From Promethearchaeia archaeon (GTDB lineage: Archaea; Asgardarchaeota; Lokiarchaeia; Sigyniarchaeales; SOKP01): a stretch of DNA of 64,000 bases. The stretch covers positions 1-64,000 of the forward strand of contig JAWOCD010000016.1 of NCBI GenBank assembly GCA_046483985.1. The letters are read 5' to 3'. Of this stretch, positions 38,745-49,316 are shown in pieces. The notes under the pieces are model-generated. The model ran no database searches and had not been told where the DNA came from. It was given only the letters and a program-made list of their open reading frames with translations. Numbering within the stretch: position 1 is the stretch's first letter; every line of letters begins with the position of its first letter. A program made the translations under genes and the position numbers.

Positions 38745-40273
38745 TAGGAAAGTTCTACTTTTTCTTTTAACTGTTTTAGATATTCTCTCTCTTTCCTCTT
38801 GTGAATTTTTGCCAGTTTTTCTTTTTCTTTTTGCCATTTTTCCCCTTTTAATGGAAAGAAATTCATCGCGATTGCACTAATCAAGATGAAAACGGCGGGA
38901 ATTATTGTAAATCCTAACATTATTCCAAATTGAGCAGACTCTGTTTGCGTGCTGATTTCACTATTAAATCCAAAGGCGCTTATTATTGTAAGGAAAAGTG
39001 AAGCCGCAAGAGACACTGCGGGCTTTGTCAATAAAGCGTTCGCTCCTGAATAGGTAGTTTCTCTGCGTTTTCCAGTACGTACCTCATCATAATCAATCAC
39101 CTCAGCCATTACCATTTGTCCCATCAAGAAATAACCAGAAAAACTTATTCCGAGTAATATCATCCCAATTATTGCCGAGGAAAAGTTCCATCCAATAAAA
39201 AAGAAGAGTATGAAGCTAAATCCTGTTGAGGTGAGTGCTATAATATATGCCTTTAATAAGCCAATTCGTTTAACCATCTTATTATATACTGGAATGAAGG
39301 CAAATACCATTGAAAAAAATAAAATAATGGGGATGATTGAGGTAATTCCGCCTAATTTTAATACATAATCAATATAATAGAAGACAGAAGTTGTTAGGAT
39401 AGTCCTAGCCAACACAAAAGAGAAGTTAGAAACCTCAAAAATGAGAAAGGACTTGTTTTTAAAAGTCTCTTTAAGTCCTTTAAGGAAATCCATTGATTCT
39501 TCCATAATTGTATATTTGTTTTCTTTAATAAAGTAACTGCTTATGAATATGATCAGACCACACGTAATACCAAGTATGACCATAGTTGGGCGAAATAAAG
39601 GATTGAGATGTGGAGATTGATCCCCCGTTAGTAAAAGCAAAGGAATCACGAATGAAAGCAGAATCCCTAAGCCGTTAAAAATTGCTCCGAATATCATGAG
39701 GTTTGATCTTGTCTTAGATGAGATTGCCATTTCAGCTGGAAGAGAATAAGTGATTAATCCAATTATGGTAAAAAATGTGTCAAAAAGAAATAAGACTAAA
39801 ATTAAATTCACAAACAGTGCTATATCATTACTGGGATTTACCACGGGATACCAACACAATATAAAGAGGAAACCATAGAATGGAGCTCCAAATCGTAGGT
39901 ATGGAACTCTTCTTCCGTATTTTTCAGATTTAGTACTATCTTCAATAAAACCAAATAGTGGATCATTTAACGTATTCCAAATTATGAATATAACCCATGC
40001 AAGTGAGCAGAGTTCTGCGCTTAACCCAAGTTTTACATTATAGAAGAAAGTAATTGGACCAAATACTATTCCAGATAAGATTGCGCTCGAGATAGTGGTC
40101 CCTCCAAAAGCGAGCTTTGATTTTAAAGGTAATATTTCTTCTTCAAGAAGATCTTCAGTTTGTTGAAAATCGCTTGGTTTTTTCTCTTTTTTACTTTTTT
40201 GGCTCAAAAATAATCCCCTTCCTTTCTCTAAAAAGCATTTAGTAGATAAGAAATGCGAATCTTTGTTTATCAA
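38741..40273 (-). CDS. MFS transporter, glycoside-pentoside-hexuronide family
   Basis: WNTLNDPLFG, GRRVPY, EVIDYDEVRTGKRRE; about 12 TM helices. Confidence 0.9.
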   Translation of the reverse strand: MINKDSHFLSTKCFLEKGRGLFLSQKSKKEKKPSDFQQTEDLLEEEILPLKSKLAFGGTTISSAILSGIVFGPITFFYNVKLGLSAELCSLAWVIFIIWNTLNDPLFGFIEDSTKSEKYGRRVPYLRFGAPFYGFLFILCWYPVVNPSNDIALFVNLILVLFLFDTFFTIIGLITYSLPAEMAISSKTRSNLMIFGAIFNGLGILLSFVIPLLLLTGDQSPHLNPLFRPTMVILGITCGLIIFISSYFIKENKYTIMEESMDFLKGLKETFKNKSFLIFEVSNFSFVLARTILTTSVFYYIDYVLKLGGITSIIPIILFFSMVFAFIPVYNKMVKRIGLLKAYIIALTSTGFSFILFFFIGWNFSSAIIGMILLGISFSGYFLMGQMVMAEVIDYDEVRTGKRRETTYSGANALLTKPAVSLAASLFLTIISAFGFNSEISTQTESAQFGIMLGFTIIPAVFILISAIAMNFFPLKGEKWQKEKEKLAKIHKRKEREYLKQLKEKVELSY

Positions 40274-40281
40274 TCTTATTA

Positions 40282-42201
40282 TTATATTTTCTTAACCCAT
40301 TGAGCTAAATCTTCTTTAATGAAAAAGCTATCTTCTTGATTTTTGAAACTCGCAATATTAGCAATATTAAGTAACCACATAGTTGATTTTAATTCTCTTT
40401 TGAGTGTTTTTACCTCTTTTATACTATTGTCTAGTGTGTTATTTTTAAGATCTTTCCATACTGACTGGAGAAATTTATTGGCAAAACCGCCAAAATTAGC
40501 ACCTAATAATAAACTTTTTGCAATATCGATTCCATTTCGTAAGCCCCCAGTGGCAATGAGAGGTTTATCGGTCAGACGGCGGGAATATAGAATGCTTGCA
40601 GGAGTTGGTATTCCCCATTCGCGAAAGGTTTCTCCTAAGTTTCTGGTATAATGGTTCCCTTCTTTTTTAGTTCTAAGCCCCTCCAGAGCGGCAAAACTGG
40701 TCCCTCCCGCTCCGCCCACGTCAAAACCATCAAATCCGAGTTGATCAAGCAATTTGATGGTTTCCACGTCGAATCCGGTACCGATTTCCTTGGCAAATAT
40801 CGGGATATCAATTTGATCTCGAATTTCCCCGAATTTTTCTTCAAAACATTCAAAGGATCTGTCGCCATGCTTTTGTAGGATTTCTTGTAAGGAGTTAAAA
40901 TGGATTGCCATGATATCGGCATCTATCATCTCAATGCAGTTTTGAAACTCATCAACTGAAAATTCTGGACTGCTTATTTGCCCGATCCCAATATTACCCA
41001 TGACTGGGATGTCCTTGGCTTCAGATCGCACGATTCGGAAAGAATCCGTAGTAGATTCATCTTCAATTCCAATCCTTTGGCTCCCGACACTCATCACGAT
41101 TCTTTCCTTCTGAGCAACTTGAGCCAAAATTTGATTTATTCGCTTAGCCGTTTCGGTCCCTCCCGTGATTGCAGAGATGAAAATGGGAGCTTGCAGATTA
41201 TATCCATATAATTGAGTTTCGAGACTGATCTTCTCATAATCATATTCGGGGAGGGCATGATGGATAAGTTGGATCTCATCAAAGAAGTTTTTTTCATGTT
41301 GCACATCGTATTGTATTGGAATTTGAAGATGTTCTGTTTTTCTCTGTTGAATGATTTGCTTTGATTTCTTGGGAGAGATTTTGACACGAGTGGATTTTAC
41401 TTCCTCATTACGGAGTCCCTTTAAGATATATTCATCCTTTAAGCCATTAACAAGTTGGACGGGAATTCCCAACTGAGTAATCTTATCTATTGACTTAAGT
41501 TTTCCCTCTATACCCCCAGTAACATCTATCTTTCCCGAGAATTGAGCTAATTTCAGATCAGGGATCTCATGCTCATATATTTCTTCTGCTAACACCGGTC
41601 CTTTATTATCTTCCTGGCTTTGGACAAATATTCCATCCATTTCCATTGCAAAAATTACCTTTCTAACTTGATATTTCTTTAACTTCTTACATAATTGATA
41701 GATTATTTCATCTCCAGAGAGAATGGAAAAAACTTGACTTGAATCATAGACAATATCACCGTATAATATTGGAATTATCCCTAATTCGAGGGACATTTCA
41801 ATTTGTTTAATTCCCATGAACTGTGTACCCCGTTCTTGTTTTAAACAAATGCTTGAAGGTTGTATTGCAAGAGCTGGCTGTTTCTTCATTAAAAACGCAT
41901 CGACCACAAATTGGTTTAATTCTTCCATTGCTGCATGAGTTTCTGCGAGTCCAAGCTCTTGATTTTTTATTATTAGATTTCTTCCCTCTTGGATATTATA
42001 TTCCTTCGCAATGGGATGTCCAAATGATCCCCCTCCATGAACTAATATAATCGGTTCTTGACTTTCAATGATCTGCTTTATAGCCTTATTAATAATATCC
42101 TTTCGCAAGGAAAAAGGTTGATTCTTTTCTGTTATCATACTGCCGCCTAATTTTAGTACGGCGATACTCTTTTTATTTGACAATTTGAACTCCTTCCTCA
42201 T
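40282..42201 (-). CDS. Isopentenyl phosphate kinase fused to type 2 isopentenyl-diphosphate isomerase
   Basis: N-terminal LKLGGSMITEK, VHGGGSFGHP, SGD, DVTGGIEGK; C-terminal RKTEHL, SAITGG, VGSQR, KEIGTG, GAGGTSF, ATGGLRNG. Confidence 0.92.
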   Translation of the reverse strand: MRKEFKLSNKKSIAVLKLGGSMITEKNQPFSLRKDIINKAIKQIIESQEPIILVHGGGSFGHPIAKEYNIQEGRNLIIKNQELGLAETHAAMEELNQFVVDAFLMKKQPALAIQPSSICLKQERGTQFMGIKQIEMSLELGIIPILYGDIVYDSSQVFSILSGDEIIYQLCKKLKKYQVRKVIFAMEMDGIFVQSQEDNKGPVLAEEIYEHEIPDLKLAQFSGKIDVTGGIEGKLKSIDKITQLGIPVQLVNGLKDEYILKGLRNEEVKSTRVKISPKKSKQIIQQRKTEHLQIPIQYDVQHEKNFFDEIQLIHHALPEYDYEKISLETQLYGYNLQAPIFISAITGGTETAKRINQILAQVAQKERIVMSVGSQRIGIEDESTTDSFRIVRSEAKDIPVMGNIGIGQISSPEFSVDEFQNCIEMIDADIMAIHFNSLQEILQKHGDRSFECFEEKFGEIRDQIDIPIFAKEIGTGFDVETIKLLDQLGFDGFDVGGAGGTSFAALEGLRTKKEGNHYTRNLGETFREWGIPTPASILYSRRLTDKPLIATGGLRNGIDIAKSLLLGANFGGFANKFLQSVWKDLKNNTLDNSIKEVKTLKRELKSTMWLLNIANIASFKNQEDSFFIKEDLAQWVKKI

Positions 42202-43135
42202 TAATGGATGTTATAATATTCTTAAATCCATTTTTCTTTAAAATTTTACTTACTTGTTTCAACTTGTTCCTTTCTCCAACGCCAATAACACACCCACCGA
42301 GTCCAGCACCTGTTAGCTTTGAACCATATAAACCGTGTTCTAAAGAGATTTTATTGATTCTTTCAATTCTTCTATTTGAAACCCCCAGTTTCTCCAATAA
42401 CTTCTGATTCTTGTTCATTAAATTTCCCATTTTAATTATGTCCCCTTCTTTTATTGCTTTTTCTGCACGCTGTGTGAGTTGTCCAATAGTATAAAAAAGA
42501 TCATCCACATATTGTTTTTTCTTTTCTCTAAGGTCAGCGATTTTTTGAATTGCTTTCTTGGTAGAATGATCCATATTGGTGTAAGTGATCATTATGTCAA
42601 ATTTAGGGATATTATTCAAGATTTTAAATTGCTTATTTTGATAGATGAGAATGTTTCCATAAGTACAAATTGTATTGTCAATTCCCGAAGGCGTTCCATG
42701 TACTATTTTTTCCATTTCAAACGCAAAATCGGAAATTTGGGAATTTTCTAACGCCAAATCAAAAAAGTCTCCGAGAGCTGTTATTAGGGCTACAGAAGTC
42801 GAAGCAGATGAGCCGAGACCCCCTCCCATAAAAAGTTTCGAAGAAATAATTACTCGTATTCCCAATAAATCGAAATTATATCGATTATAAAGCAAAAGAA
42901 GTCCGCTTTGAAAATTTTTAAACTCCTCCGGAAAATTCTCTTGGATCTCTTTGATGGAAGAAAAAGTAAAGGTACGATTATAATTCTTTAAATGAAAAAT
43001 AAGACTATTTTTGTCAATTTTTTCGATTTCACAGCGAGAATGGATCCCAACCCCCATTGCAATTGCAGGATATCCGTATACTACTGCATGCTCTCCAAAA
43101 AGGATGCATTTGCCTGGCGCAATAACTTTAGACAT
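42173..43135 (-). CDS. mvk: Mevalonate kinase
   Basis: APGKCILFGEHAVVYG, GLGSSAS, HGTPSGIDN, KLTGAGLGG. Confidence 0.96.
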   Translation of the reverse strand: MSKVIAPGKCILFGEHAVVYGYPAIAMGVGIHSRCEIEKIDKNSLIFHLKNYNRTFTFSSIKEIQENFPEEFKNFQSGLLLLYNRYNFDLLGIRVIISSKLFMGGGLGSSASTSVALITALGDFFDLALENSQISDFAFEMEKIVHGTPSGIDNTICTYGNILIYQNKQFKILNNIPKFDIMITYTNMDHSTKKAIQKIADLREKKKQYVDDLFYTIGQLTQRAEKAIKEGDIIKMGNLMNKNQKLLEKLGVSNRRIERINKISLEHGLYGSKLTGAGLGGCVIGVGERNKLKQVSKILKKNGFKNIITSINEEGVQIVK

Positions 43136-43152
43136 AGTTTTGAAAAATAATT

Positions 43153-44328
43153 CTACGAAGAACCTGATTCTTTGAATTTCCTTTTATGTAAGACCATATG
43201 ACCTTGTTGAATCCCTTCTGTTGCCAATGCTCTCAGCGCAGCCAAATTCTGAGCCAGACCAAGGGCCGCCGCAACTTGAGTAAGTTCTTGTCCGCTTTTT
43301 ACATTTAAGATTTTCAGAGCTATTCTTACCATGGGATGGGTGTTAGTCATTCCCCCGATCACCCCTAATGCTAGGGGGATTTCAATCTTTCCAACTAAGT
43401 GTCCATCTTTATTCTTGTAGTAATTTGTTAAAGGGGAATAAATTCCTTTCAATGAAGCGTATGCATGAGCCCCAGCTTCAATAGCTCTTGTGTCATTTCC
43501 CGTGGCTAAGGTAAGGGCGGATATTCCATTCATAATCCCTTTATTATGAGTTGCCGCTCTATATGGATCTGCGAGGGCAAAGTCATAAGCACTTAAAATT
43601 CCATCTACCACTTCCTCACCACCCAATAAATCCTTATCAAACACAGCCCTACTTTCGGCTATTCGATGCATACATAGGTTGGACACGATCCGAAGATATA
43701 CCTTTCCTCCTGTGATTTTTTCTATATATGGAGCAATTGCCTCTGCCATTGTATTTACAACATTTGCGCCCATTGCATCGAGCACATCAACCAATAGATG
43801 GATTATAACCATTTTGCCCCTACGAGTTGTGAGTTCTCTGATCTTAAAATCGAAAGCCCCACCTCCCAATTCGTTAAGTTTCGGATCTTTTTCATTAGCA
43901 ATTTCTAGGATCTTTTTTTTATGATTCCAAAGCGTTTCAATTACTTCAATCTCATCATCGATATCCGTTAATTGAACTTGTGCGATCATCACTGATTTAA
44001 TCTCTGAGGATTGAAATCCTCCATGTTTACGAGCTATCTTTGCGGCTTTCGATGCAGCGGCGATAACAGAAGGTTCTTCAATAGCCATAGGTATTAAATA
44101 GTCCTTCTTGTTAACTTTAAAATGGCATGCAACTCCCATAGGCATTTCAAATGTACCGATTACATTTTCTATGAGTTTATTTAGCTCCTCTTCCTTGAAA
44201 TAGCCGAAGTTTTGGAGAATCGCCTTTTCCTCCTCTGAGAACTCAAAAAAATCATCTAATCTTTTTTGACGTTCTCCCACTGAAAATTTATAAAAATCTG
44301 AAATGTCCGAATCTATATTTTTTTTCAT
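43153..44328 (-). CDS. mvaA: HMG-CoA reductase, class II
   Basis: ENVIG, EEPSVIAA, DAMGAN, RAATHNKGIMNG, GNDTRA, EGIQQGHM. Confidence 0.93.
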   Translation of the reverse strand: MKKNIDSDISDFYKFSVGERQKRLDDFFEFSEEEKAILQNFGYFKEEELNKLIENVIGTFEMPMGVACHFKVNKKDYLIPMAIEEPSVIAAASKAAKIARKHGGFQSSEIKSVMIAQVQLTDIDDEIEVIETLWNHKKKILEIANEKDPKLNELGGGAFDFKIRELTTRRGKMVIIHLLVDVLDAMGANVVNTMAEAIAPYIEKITGGKVYLRIVSNLCMHRIAESRAVFDKDLLGGEEVVDGILSAYDFALADPYRAATHNKGIMNGISALTLATGNDTRAIEAGAHAYASLKGIYSPLTNYYKNKDGHLVGKIEIPLALGVIGGMTNTHPMVRIALKILNVKSGQELTQVAAALGLAQNLAALRALATEGIQQGHMVLHKRKFKESGSS

Positions 44329-44357
44329 GATATTATTTTAAAAATTAATATGAAAAT

Positions 44358-44576
44358 TTATTTAAATTTATTGATATTTCCTTTCAATATTTCAATTTTA
44401 GGAGAGTTTGGCTTTAATACTTTTGCTTTCTCCCCAATTTTTCCCTCAAGGATATTTAAAGGATTCACAAACGAATTTAATTGTTTTTTTATCGTTTTCT
44501 TATGTGTTTTAGGGAGCAAGATATTCACGGAAGAACAAGTGTCAAGTGAATAATATACTGGAATTTCTTCATTCAT
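44358..44576 (-). CDS. Small hypothetical protein between HMG-CoA synthase and reductase
   Basis: 72-aa ORF that fills the gap co-directionally (34 and 29 bp spacers). Confidence 0.4.
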   Translation of the reverse strand: MNEEIPVYYSLDTCSSVNILLPKTHKKTIKKQLNSFVNPLNILEGKIGEKAKVLKPNSPKIEILKGNINKFK

Positions 44577-44610
44577 GGATTAATCAACTGAGATGTGGAA
44601 GGTTGTTCGG

Positions 44611-46239
44611 TTAAAAAATTTCATTAGTGGGGAAATATGTAGGAATCCAATTTTTTAATCCGTCAGCGTTATAATTGTCTTCGTCTTTATTCTCGACACT
44701 TCTTAGTTCGTATTCCAAATTACTTCCCTTCTCGAGATTATGGGTGATCCTAACTAATCCTTTGCTCAAAAAACTACAATTTCTCCGATTCTCGAGAATA
44801 ATTGGTTCTGAACTTAATTTCGCGTATAAGGGAAAAAATCTCGTGTGAAATCCCTTATGACCTTGCGGGCAATAATTTAATCCTTTTATATTTGGAATAA
44901 CGCATCCTTCATCACAGAAGTTCAATGTGAATCCCCTACGGTTATTCTGTTCGTGCTCCAAGATCTTTCCCACGTAAATTTTTGACTCTAAATTTCCTTC
45001 TTTTAGTTGCTCATACTCATAAATAGTTTTCCGTTCTTTTATTTTGATGAAATCGTTTATATATGGAGGTTTCCTTACGATTTTTTTGTATCCGCGTTTA
45101 ATCTTTAGCAATCCTGAAATACATGTTGCCCCCGATCCGTAGGAACCAAAGTAGATTGTGTTACTGGGCTTGCCGTAATTCTCCAATATGTAAATTATTT
45201 GCGACCATACGGCTGCATTATACATATTCCCAAAGTGGCTGGGAACCCGCAATTGCGGCAGGACTTTTGCTTTTACATTATCAATGAGCCAATGAGAAAC
45301 ATCTTCCAAGACTTTTGATGAATAGCCCTTTTCTCGTAACTTGAGATACACATATTCGGGCAAAACGGAAAAATCATGCAAAAAATTATCAAGCTTTTTC
45401 AGGATGGATGAAATAAATCCCCGTACTTTAAATTTGGGTAAATTATTAATATGTGTAATCCACCGTTTTTGAATAATTTGACGCATACATTTAATGGGTA
45501 ATTTTGCATATGGGGCATGAAATGTATAATAATCTGCGTGAAAATCCCCGAGATTATCGATCAAATCATCGTAAGCTTTTAATTGGAAGTTTAGATATGC
45601 TTTTACTGAATATTTACCAAAAACTTTTGCATTTTTCTCGTTTGGTAAACGATAAAAGTCATTAATATTCGATGAAACTTTCCCAAATTTTTTGCTAAAG
45701 ACTGCAACACGAGGATTTTTAGTTATGACCATGGCAATTGCCCCAGAACCTTGGGTAGGTTCACTTGGGCTATTTAATTTATAGTTAGATATGTCTGCAC
45801 AGATCACAAGCGCTTTATTAATTACACCTTTCTCAATCAGACCAATGGCATTTAAAATAGCTAAAGTCCCTCCGGCGCAAGCATTGTATATATCTTGTGT
45901 CATGCAGTTATTTGAGATTTCTAAGTAATCTGCAAATATATTAGATACTGACTTTGCCGCATAAGTGATTGTTTCTGTCCCTACAAAGAGGGCATCAATT
46001 TCTTCTGGATCGATATTCCCCTTTTGGAGAGCGTGATACCCAGCTTTAAGTCCCAATGTGACGATATCTTCGCCGATTGCGGGTAGGCGCATTTCAAGAG
46101 ACAGAAGTCCCTTAGTATATTTCTCAGGATCAACATCTCTCTCTGCTGCTAAATCCTCTAACCTAATAAAATAACGTGGGGCATAAAAACCAACAGAATC
46201 GATTCCTATATTGCTGAATAGATGACTATTCCGTAACAT
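44611..46239 (-). CDS. HMG-CoA synthase with an internal insertion and a C-terminal extension
   Basis: Catalytic E (GTET), C (NACAGG), H (FHAPY); GNMY and SYGSG motifs. Confidence 0.9.
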   Translation of the reverse strand: MLRNSHLFSNIGIDSVGFYAPRYFIRLEDLAAERDVDPEKYTKGLLSLEMRLPAIGEDIVTLGLKAGYHALQKGNIDPEEIDALFVGTETITYAAKSVSNIFADYLEISNNCMTQDIYNACAGGTLAILNAIGLIEKGVINKALVICADISNYKLNSPSEPTQGSGAIAMVITKNPRVAVFSKKFGKVSSNINDFYRLPNEKNAKVFGKYSVKAYLNFQLKAYDDLIDNLGDFHADYYTFHAPYAKLPIKCMRQIIQKRWITHINNLPKFKVRGFISSILKKLDNFLHDFSVLPEYVYLKLREKGYSSKVLEDVSHWLIDNVKAKVLPQLRVPSHFGNMYNAAVWSQIIYILENYGKPSNTIYFGSYGSGATCISGLLKIKRGYKKIVRKPPYINDFIKIKERKTIYEYEQLKEGNLESKIYVGKILEHEQNNRRGFTLNFCDEGCVIPNIKGLNYCPQGHKGFHTRFFPLYAKLSSEPIILENRRNCSFLSKGLVRITHNLEKGSNLEYELRSVENKDEDNYNADGLKNWIPTYFPTNEIF

Positions 46240-46454
46240 TTTAATTAGTATCCCAGTAAATGTTTATTATTGTCTTCAAAATAAAGGAAAAAATAAGTCT
46301 TTGAGTAAAATAAACTTAATACTTTGAATCTTTTCACGTTTTTCAAATTACAAAAATAATTATTCAAATATATATTTAATTAAATTACAAATGTTCTAGA
46401 TCTTTCTTATATAATTGTTAATAATATTTAGTTGGTTTACATTAATTTTATTAG

Positions 46455-47192
46455 GTGTTTCGCTTGAGTGACCTTGAAAAATTGGCAAAAAATGGAAACT
46501 TACCCAAACATATTGGACTAATCTTGGATGGAAATCGTCGCTGGGCGCGAGAACGAGGGATAGACATAAACATGGGCCACTTAGAAGGTTACAGAACGAT
46601 AACCAATATTTTGAAGAGCTTTTTTAAGGCTGGAGTTCGCTATCTTAGCATCTATGCCTTATCGTTAGAAAATTATCATAAACGATCTCAAGATGAATTG
46701 GCCTACATCTATAAAATGATTAAGCGAGCTGTAGGACAGGTGAAAGAGGAACCGATTATTAAGGAAGAGAAAGTTAAGTTCAATGTAATTGGTCGTTGGC
46801 AGCTACTTCCTCAAGATGTTCAAGAGAAGATTAAAGAAGTTAAAGAATATACAAAAAGGCATAACAACGCGTTTATAAATTTATGCTTAATGTATGATGG
46901 ACAAGCAGAGATTGTGGATGCGGTTAAGAAAATTATTAAAGATGGAGTAAATCCAGAAGCAATCGATAAAAAGTTATTTAAGAAATATCTTTATACTGAA
47001 AACTTTCCCGAATTAGACTATATCATAAGAACGGGCATGGAAGATGGAGCGAGAATATCGGGTTTCTTACTCTGGGACGCATCTTACGCAGAATTTAAAT
47101 TTAGAAATGAGTATTGGCCTGAATACAATGAAACTATGCTGATTGAAGATCTCAAGGAATATTCAAGAAGAAACAGACGAAAAGGAAAATAG
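46455..47192 (+). CDS. uppS: cis-prenyltransferase (polyprenyl diphosphate synthase)
   Basis: HIGLILDGNRRWA, YALSLEN, IIRTG..RISGFLLW. Confidence 0.95.
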   Translation: MFRLSDLEKLAKNGNLPKHIGLILDGNRRWARERGIDINMGHLEGYRTITNILKSFFKAGVRYLSIYALSLENYHKRSQDELAYIYKMIKRAVGQVKEEPIIKEEKVKFNVIGRWQLLPQDVQEKIKEVKEYTKRHNNAFINLCLMYDGQAEIVDAVKKIIKDGVNPEAIDKKLFKKYLYTENFPELDYIIRTGMEDGARISGFLLWDASYAEFKFRNEYWPEYNETMLIEDLKEYSRRNRRKGK

Positions 47193-47339
47193 TCGATTTA
47201 AATTAGAGAATTTTTATAATCAATTAAAAACTCAAACTTACTAAAACTTAAATTTTCTAACCTCAAAATAAAATTAAGAATATTTATTTTTATTAAATAA
47301 TTTGGTATTTTAAAATTAAATTGGAAATTATCATTAAAT

Positions 47340-49289
47340 ATGACTTCGCCAACCAACGATCAAACACTTTCGCTAAACATAACTGAATACCCTCAAAATC
47401 TCCTAGTTCCTACAGTTGATAATCTGTTTTCATTTCAAGCAACGTGTTATTTAGACGGAAATCAAGATTTTAAATTCGAGTTTATCGGCGAAAATCTCCA
47501 AGTTGATGTCCCTAATGAATTGAGAGAAAATGTAACATTTAACGGAAGGGAAACAAAGGATTATAATTTAAAACTGATTCCCACGGCAGATGGTTACGGA
47601 AAATTGACGATAAATATTAATTGGATGAAACTTGTCGAATATACCGTTAAAGTGCAAAAAGTGAGAGATTCAGTATCCTCCAGCGCTCTTCAACGGATCT
47701 TTTCTAAAAGACCTCTGAAAGCATCTGGGGTTGTCGATTCCTTTGATCCTAAAGAATATATCATTGAGATGACGGAAGAAGAAATTCAAAGTCTTCTGCA
47801 AGAAATTGAAAGCAAAAAGCAAAAATATGAGGAATTTTCCGAAATTTTGCAAGAATGGGAACAAGAGAAAAGGGATTATAAAAAGGCACAACAAGAGAGT
47901 CTAAATCCTCAATCTACTATTTCAAATCCGGGACCAAAACCAGTTCGTCAAGTTACCTTGGAAGATATTGATAATTTAATTAAGAAGGTTGCGAAGGCAT
48001 ATCTCTCTCAAAATAAATTGCAAAAGGCTTTAGATATAATTGAAGATGCTTCAGCAGATCTTGATAAGCAAGCATATTCTTATAAACTTATAAGAGCAAA
48101 TAACTCCATCGATTTGGAAGGAACGCTACATGCTATAGAAAAGCTAAATGACAGTGAAGAGAAACATAAATTAATACGGAAATTAGCGCTTGACAGGGTA
48201 AGTATTGATCCCGAACAATCTGGAAGAATTGCAATGTTGATAGAACAGTCAGAATTAAAAGACAAACTATTAAAAGATGTGATCATCAAGTCCCTTTCTT
48301 CCCATCCAGGGAAAGCCAAAAAACTGTGCTATTTAATAGAGAATGATGATATTCAAACCACCTTATTGTTTAATATCGCTAAGCACTATCATAATAATGC
48401 TGCAGACGCAGAGGCAGCTGATATTTTAAGAGAACTTTCTCAAAAACTTCTTAATTCACCTGCTTTTGACTTATCTGCAAATGATTATTCCAATCCGGAC
48501 TATGAGCTTTTTAAAGACGCGCTCAATGCAATTGCAGAATTAGCAACGCCTCACACAGCCGATCAGATTATTGAAAGTTTGAGTTCTCAACCTCTAAAAG
48601 AAAAAATCGCAATGGACCTCTTCGATACTATTTACAAGATGGTCGATGAGGTAAAGACCAAATTAGAGCCGACAAACATCTTATCTCAATATTATATGTT
48701 TAATGTATATAGTTCAGATGTTGGTCAAAACATTAAACGGTTCAGTCTGAATGGAGGCAACCTTAGCAATAACATTTTACTGCAAGATTTTAATTTTAAT
48801 GTCATATTTGTTTCATTATTTAGTTTTAATTTCAGTATTTTTCCTACCTTTGACAGGATATACATGGATCTTAATCAAAATTCAAATGGTACTTTTGGGT
48901 ATTTTATCCACCCCTCAGAGAATAATTATGATAAAAACGAATTTCATATTCTTAAATCTACTTTAAACCACTTTATTTTAAAAAATCAGCATCAAATACA
49001 AGACGAGGTTTCCCTTTTTAATATTGATTTTATACCATATCTTGGGAAACCCACTGCTATTTTTTCATGTGATGAGTCAACTTTCTCAAGTTTTCAAAAG
49101 AAAGTAGCAAACTTAGGAGAAAGCGTCAAAATTTTTAGAGATGACTCGATCTTTAAAGGAGGCGAAATAACGGAAAAGTTAGAATCTATATTTCCATCCC
49201 AAAAATTTGATATTACGAATTTAGTGTTTAGCTATGAATTTATTAATAATTATAATATTTTTAAGTCATTTATTCAATCAATTATTTAA
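47340..49289 (+). CDS. Large hypothetical protein: beta-rich N-terminus, coiled coil, helical-repeat middle
   Basis: 649-aa ORF; amphipathic helical repeats around residues 205-430. Confidence 0.7.
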   Translation: MTSPTNDQTLSLNITEYPQNLLVPTVDNLFSFQATCYLDGNQDFKFEFIGENLQVDVPNELRENVTFNGRETKDYNLKLIPTADGYGKLTININWMKLVEYTVKVQKVRDSVSSSALQRIFSKRPLKASGVVDSFDPKEYIIEMTEEEIQSLLQEIESKKQKYEEFSEILQEWEQEKRDYKKAQQESLNPQSTISNPGPKPVRQVTLEDIDNLIKKVAKAYLSQNKLQKALDIIEDASADLDKQAYSYKLIRANNSIDLEGTLHAIEKLNDSEEKHKLIRKLALDRVSIDPEQSGRIAMLIEQSELKDKLLKDVIIKSLSSHPGKAKKLCYLIENDDIQTTLLFNIAKHYHNNAADAEAADILRELSQKLLNSPAFDLSANDYSNPDYELFKDALNAIAELATPHTADQIIESLSSQPLKEKIAMDLFDTIYKMVDEVKTKLEPTNILSQYYMFNVYSSDVGQNIKRFSLNGGNLSNNILLQDFNFNVIFVSLFSFNFSIFPTFDRIYMDLNQNSNGTFGYFIHPSENNYDKNEFHILKSTLNHFILKNQHQIQDEVSLFNIDFIPYLGKPTAIFSCDESTFSSFQKKVANLGESVKIFRDDSIFKGGEITEKLESIFPSQKFDITNLVFSYEFINNYNIFKSFIQSII

Positions 49290-49316
49290 AAGGAGTTAAG
49301 AAAAGGAGGAACAACT

